From positions 2,132 to 66,131 of the forward strand of contig JBDIVQ010000005.1 in assembly GCA_039794345.1 (NCBI GenBank): a DNA stretch of 64,000 nt. Direction: 5' to 3'. The notes under the pieces are model-generated. The model was given only the letters and a program-made list of their open reading frames with translations. It was not told the origin of the DNA and did no database searches. The DNA is from Phycisphaerae bacterium. GTDB lineage: Bacteria; Planctomycetota; Phycisphaerae; Phycisphaerales; UBA5793. A program made the translations under genes and the position numbers. The first letter of the stretch is position 1; the number at the start of each line of letters is the position of its first letter. Of this stretch, positions 61,836-64,000 are shown in pieces.

Positions 61836-61931
61836 GGGCGATCCCCGACGCGGTGAAAGCGAGAGTGTAGCCCGCACCGTCGCCGGCGAGAATCCGCCCC
61901 TTGCTCCGCCGGCCGCGCGCCGATGCAACGA

Positions 61932-61959
61932 GGCCGCGCATCAGGCGTGATGCGCGGCC
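61932..61959 (-). terminator. strong hairpin downstream of flgM (possible terminator, weak U-tract)
   Basis: Perfect 12-bp stem ggccgcgcatca 61932..61943 / tgatgcgcggcc 61948..61959 with a 4-nt loop. On the minus strand it is followed by tcgttgc only. Confidence 0.4.
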
Positions 61960-62005
61960 CCGGATGGCTGACCCTTGCGTCTCGGCAGCGCCTTGCTGGC
62001 GCAGA

Positions 62006-62311
62006 TCATGGGCCGTACAGATCCTCCCACAACTCCTCGATCACGCGGTCGATCTTCTCGCTCGATTCGTAGCGGCCCGAGGCGATCTCGGCCCGGACCC
62101 GGCTGATGAGGTTCTCGCGGGCGGGCAGGTCATGCATGACCCGGTCGAGCAGCGCCAGTCGGCGTGCGGTGGGGGAAAGCTGGACCGTGTCCTCATCTCG
62201 GTCGACGCCGGAATCGAGCCGGCGTGGTGCATCGACCGAGCCGTTCGATCTATACTGGTTCAGGTCCAGAGGTGGGATGAACCCGCCGCCGAGTGGAGCG
62301 ATTCCGCTCAT
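62006..62311 (-). CDS. flgM: anti-sigma-28 factor FlgM-like protein
   Basis: Part of ORF 62006..62437, starting at MSGIAPLGG. The C-terminal pattern VQLSPTARRL...ISRVRAEIASGRYESSEKIDRVIEEL matches the FlgM signature (V-x-L-S ... I-x-x-G-x-Y-x-x-x-x-x-K-I). Confidence 0.6.
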   Translation of the reverse strand: MSGIAPLGGGFIPPLDLNQYRSNGSVDAPRRLDSGVDRDEDTVQLSPTARRLALLDRVMHDLPARENLISRVRAEIASGRYESSEKIDRVIEELWEDLYGP

Positions 62312-62512
62312 GTATTGAGGACTCCTCAGAAGTGCTCGACCGCGGCAGCGGAACGACCCCGTCGCGGGCCGCGCATCGATAGGTTTGGCCTCCACTCCAG
62401 CAGATGGTATCGACGCGCGGGCGAAAAAGACTTGCAAGATCGGCCGGCGGGCTCAAGAACCACCAAGTCATTGCGTTGCAAGGTGTTGCGCCACAATAAC
62501 GGGAGGTCGGAC

Positions 62513-63484
62513 GTGAGATTCGCACATCACATTTCTTCGAGACGCATTGCCGCCGGCGCGCGGGCTGATCTTATCGGCCGCCGCAAGTGGTGGGGCGCGG
62601 TGCTGGTCGTCCTCTCGCTGCCGTTCGCCGTCGGGTGCGAGAAGTCGCAATCGACCTCTCCTCGCGGTGACCTCTCGTCAAGCGAGGCGGAGCCGGGGAC
62701 GCGGGAGGGGGCGCCGGCCGCCGAGCCGAGAATCGTCCCCTGGTCGGCAGACGCGGGGCGAGGCGGCGATGCGCCCGCACCGGCCGCTTCACCGGCAGCG
62801 CCGGGCCGTTCCGGCTGGTCCATCGTCCTCGCCACCATCACCGAGCCGCAGCACGATCAGATCGCCGCCCGGTGGGCGGAGGCGTTCAGCCGCCTCACCG
62901 GTCTGCGCGGGACGTGGATCGAGACCGACGAGCGAGGTTCGATCGTGCGCTACGGCTCATACGAGTCGGTGGAGTCGCCCAAGGCGCAGGAGGATCTGCG
63001 GCGAATCAAGGAGACGCGGATCGACGGACAGTCGCCCTTCCTCGCCTCCTACCTCGCGCGCTACGGCACGACTTCGGCGCCGGGCACGCTGAGCGAACTG
63101 AACCTCCTGAACGCACGCCGGCTCTATCCCGGGGTGGAGACGCTCTACAGCCTTCAGATCGGCGTCTACGAAGCGGAGCGCGACACCACGCCCGAGCAGG
63201 CTCGCCGTCTCGCCGAGCAGGCCGCGCTCCAGCTCCGCGCGCAAAACGAACTGGCGTTCTTCTACCACGGGCCGAACCGGAGCATGGTGTGCATCGGCGT
63301 TTTCCTCGAGGATGCGGTTGATCCCGGCACGGGGATTTACAGCGCCGAGGTCCGCCGCGTGCAGGAGCGGCACCCCTACAACTCCTACAACGGCCGAACG
63401 CTTGAGGAGACGATCACCGGTTTCGACGGCAAGGTGCGTCAGGTTCGCCAGCGCAGTTTCCTCGTCGCCGTGCCGAAGGAGTGA
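62513..63484 (+). CDS. hypothetical lipoprotein with two SPOR-like repeats (inference)
   Basis: Within ORF 61901..63484. A GTG at 62513 lies 6 nt after GGGAGG and gives VRFAHH...WWGAVLVVLSLPFAVGC (lipobox). Two alpha/beta units follow (WSIVLATITEP...IVRYGSYES and LYSLQIGVYEAE...MVCIGVF) that resemble SPOR domains. The upstream part of the ORF is antisense to flgM. Confidence 0.55.
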   Translation: MRFAHHISSRRIAAGARADLIGRRKWWGAVLVVLSLPFAVGCEKSQSTSPRGDLSSSEAEPGTREGAPAAEPRIVPWSADAGRGGDAPAPAASPAAPGRSGWSIVLATITEPQHDQIAARWAEAFSRLTGLRGTWIETDERGSIVRYGSYESVESPKAQEDLRRIKETRIDGQSPFLASYLARYGTTSAPGTLSELNLLNARRLYPGVETLYSLQIGVYEAERDTTPEQARRLAEQAALQLRAQNELAFFYHGPNRSMVCIGVFLEDAVDPGTGIYSAEVRRVQERHPYNSYNGRTLEETITGFDGKVRQVRQRSFLVAVPKE

Positions 63485-63500
63485 GAGAAGCGGCCGGCGT

Positions 63501-63998
63501 CTACCGGTCGGGCGCTTCGCACTCGCGCCGGACCGCGTCGTAGAGCGTTCCCAGGCCCTGCAGGTCACCGAAGTGGGCCTGCCAGCGATCCAGCAGGGCC
63601 AGGCTCTCTTCGCCGTCGATGCGCCGGCAGGTACGCAGGACGCGGACGGCATTGAGCGCCAGCACCGCATGGTCGTGGTCCAGACGCGTCAGCGCCGCCT
63701 CGAAGAGGTGGCGGAATCGCTGCTCGCTGGCGGCGATAATCGCTTCGACGGAAGAGGCGTCGCGCTCGCGCCAGTCGCAGATCCAGTTGGCGACGCCGCA
63801 GTGGTCGAGCGGGCCCGCCGCGTCATCGTTGAGGATCGTGAGCATCTGCGGCCCCACGGTCTCGGGGGGATACATCATGAGGACGACCATGGTGCTGTCG
63901 CTCTCGCCGAGTTCGCCGAGACGCCGGGCGACCGCCGTCGCGACCGGGACATAGCGCGGATCCTGCGTCCGCTCGGCGAGGGCGGCGAGAATGAACAT
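63501..63998 (-). CDS. hypothetical protein (may extend beyond the right edge)
   Basis: 165-aa ORF with G/C-rich third positions. No motif recognised. Its first Met sits 2 nt from the window end, so the true start may be outside the window. Confidence 0.5.
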   Translation of the reverse strand: MFILAALAERTQDPRYVPVATAVARRLGELGESDSTMVVLMMYPPETVGPQMLTILNDDAAGPLDHCGVANWICDWRERDASSVEAIIAASEQRFRHLFEAALTRLDHDHAVLALNAVRVLRTCRRIDGEESLALLDRWQAHFGDLQGLGTLYDAVRRECEAPDR

Positions 63999-64000
63999 GA

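Noticed and set aside
1-64000. tRNA, rRNA, tmRNA, transposase/integrase, prophage, toxin-antitoxin or defence-system genes
   Set aside because: I inspected every intergenic gap longer than 80 nt. I found no T-arm-like GGTTCGAATCC-type sequence and no cloverleaf-sized conserved block. No ORF has DDE, tyrosine-recombinase, reverse-transcriptase or nuclease-toxin motifs.

Overview
This is a GC-rich chromosomal segment; third codon positions in real genes are almost all G/C. I call 52 protein-coding genes. I found no rRNA, tRNA, CRISPR array, transposase, integrase or prophage genes. The lineage is probably Planctomycetota, Phycisphaerae-like. That is an inference from a DUF1559-type prepilin-like protein ([17 protein letters not shown]), a fragmentary dcw cluster, scattered nuo genes and a flagellar flgM. 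The content is mostly housekeeping. It includes rsmH-LysM-ftsL-ftsI, korAB, carA-pyrD, feoAB, a hybrid kinase plus REC-HDOD pair, bcp, udg, nuoJKLMN-miaA, topA, an NtrC-type regulator, comEA, an acyl desaturase, purC, xseAB fused in an operon to a prepilin peptidase, an OmpA-like lipoprotein, a YhaM-like nuclease, and murD coupled to two amidohydrolases. The most unusual signal is not a gene cluster. It is a set of short mosaic repeat or hairpin modules that share sequence cores and sit at gene junctions and, in frame, inside essential genes. The loci are: a ~57-codon insertion in MurD, a tandem module forming the NuoJ tail, a composite in the 5' end of an amidohydrolase, a 134-nt rod hairpin bracketed by a 33-nt duplication of the ftsI terminus, and low-GC inverted-repeat elements between nuoL/nuoM and purC/xseA. 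Secondary leads are: a TM-LysM protein embedded in the dcw remnant; murD translationally coupled to amidohydrolases with degenerate metal sites; a 12-nt homopolymer in a 5' coding region; a palindromic operator candidate upstream of feoAB; several orphan secreted proteins; and a ~0.9 kb stretch with no assignable gene. All similarity statements are by-eye motif recognition, and no database search was run. Internal start sites were placed by counting residues in the supplied ORF track.
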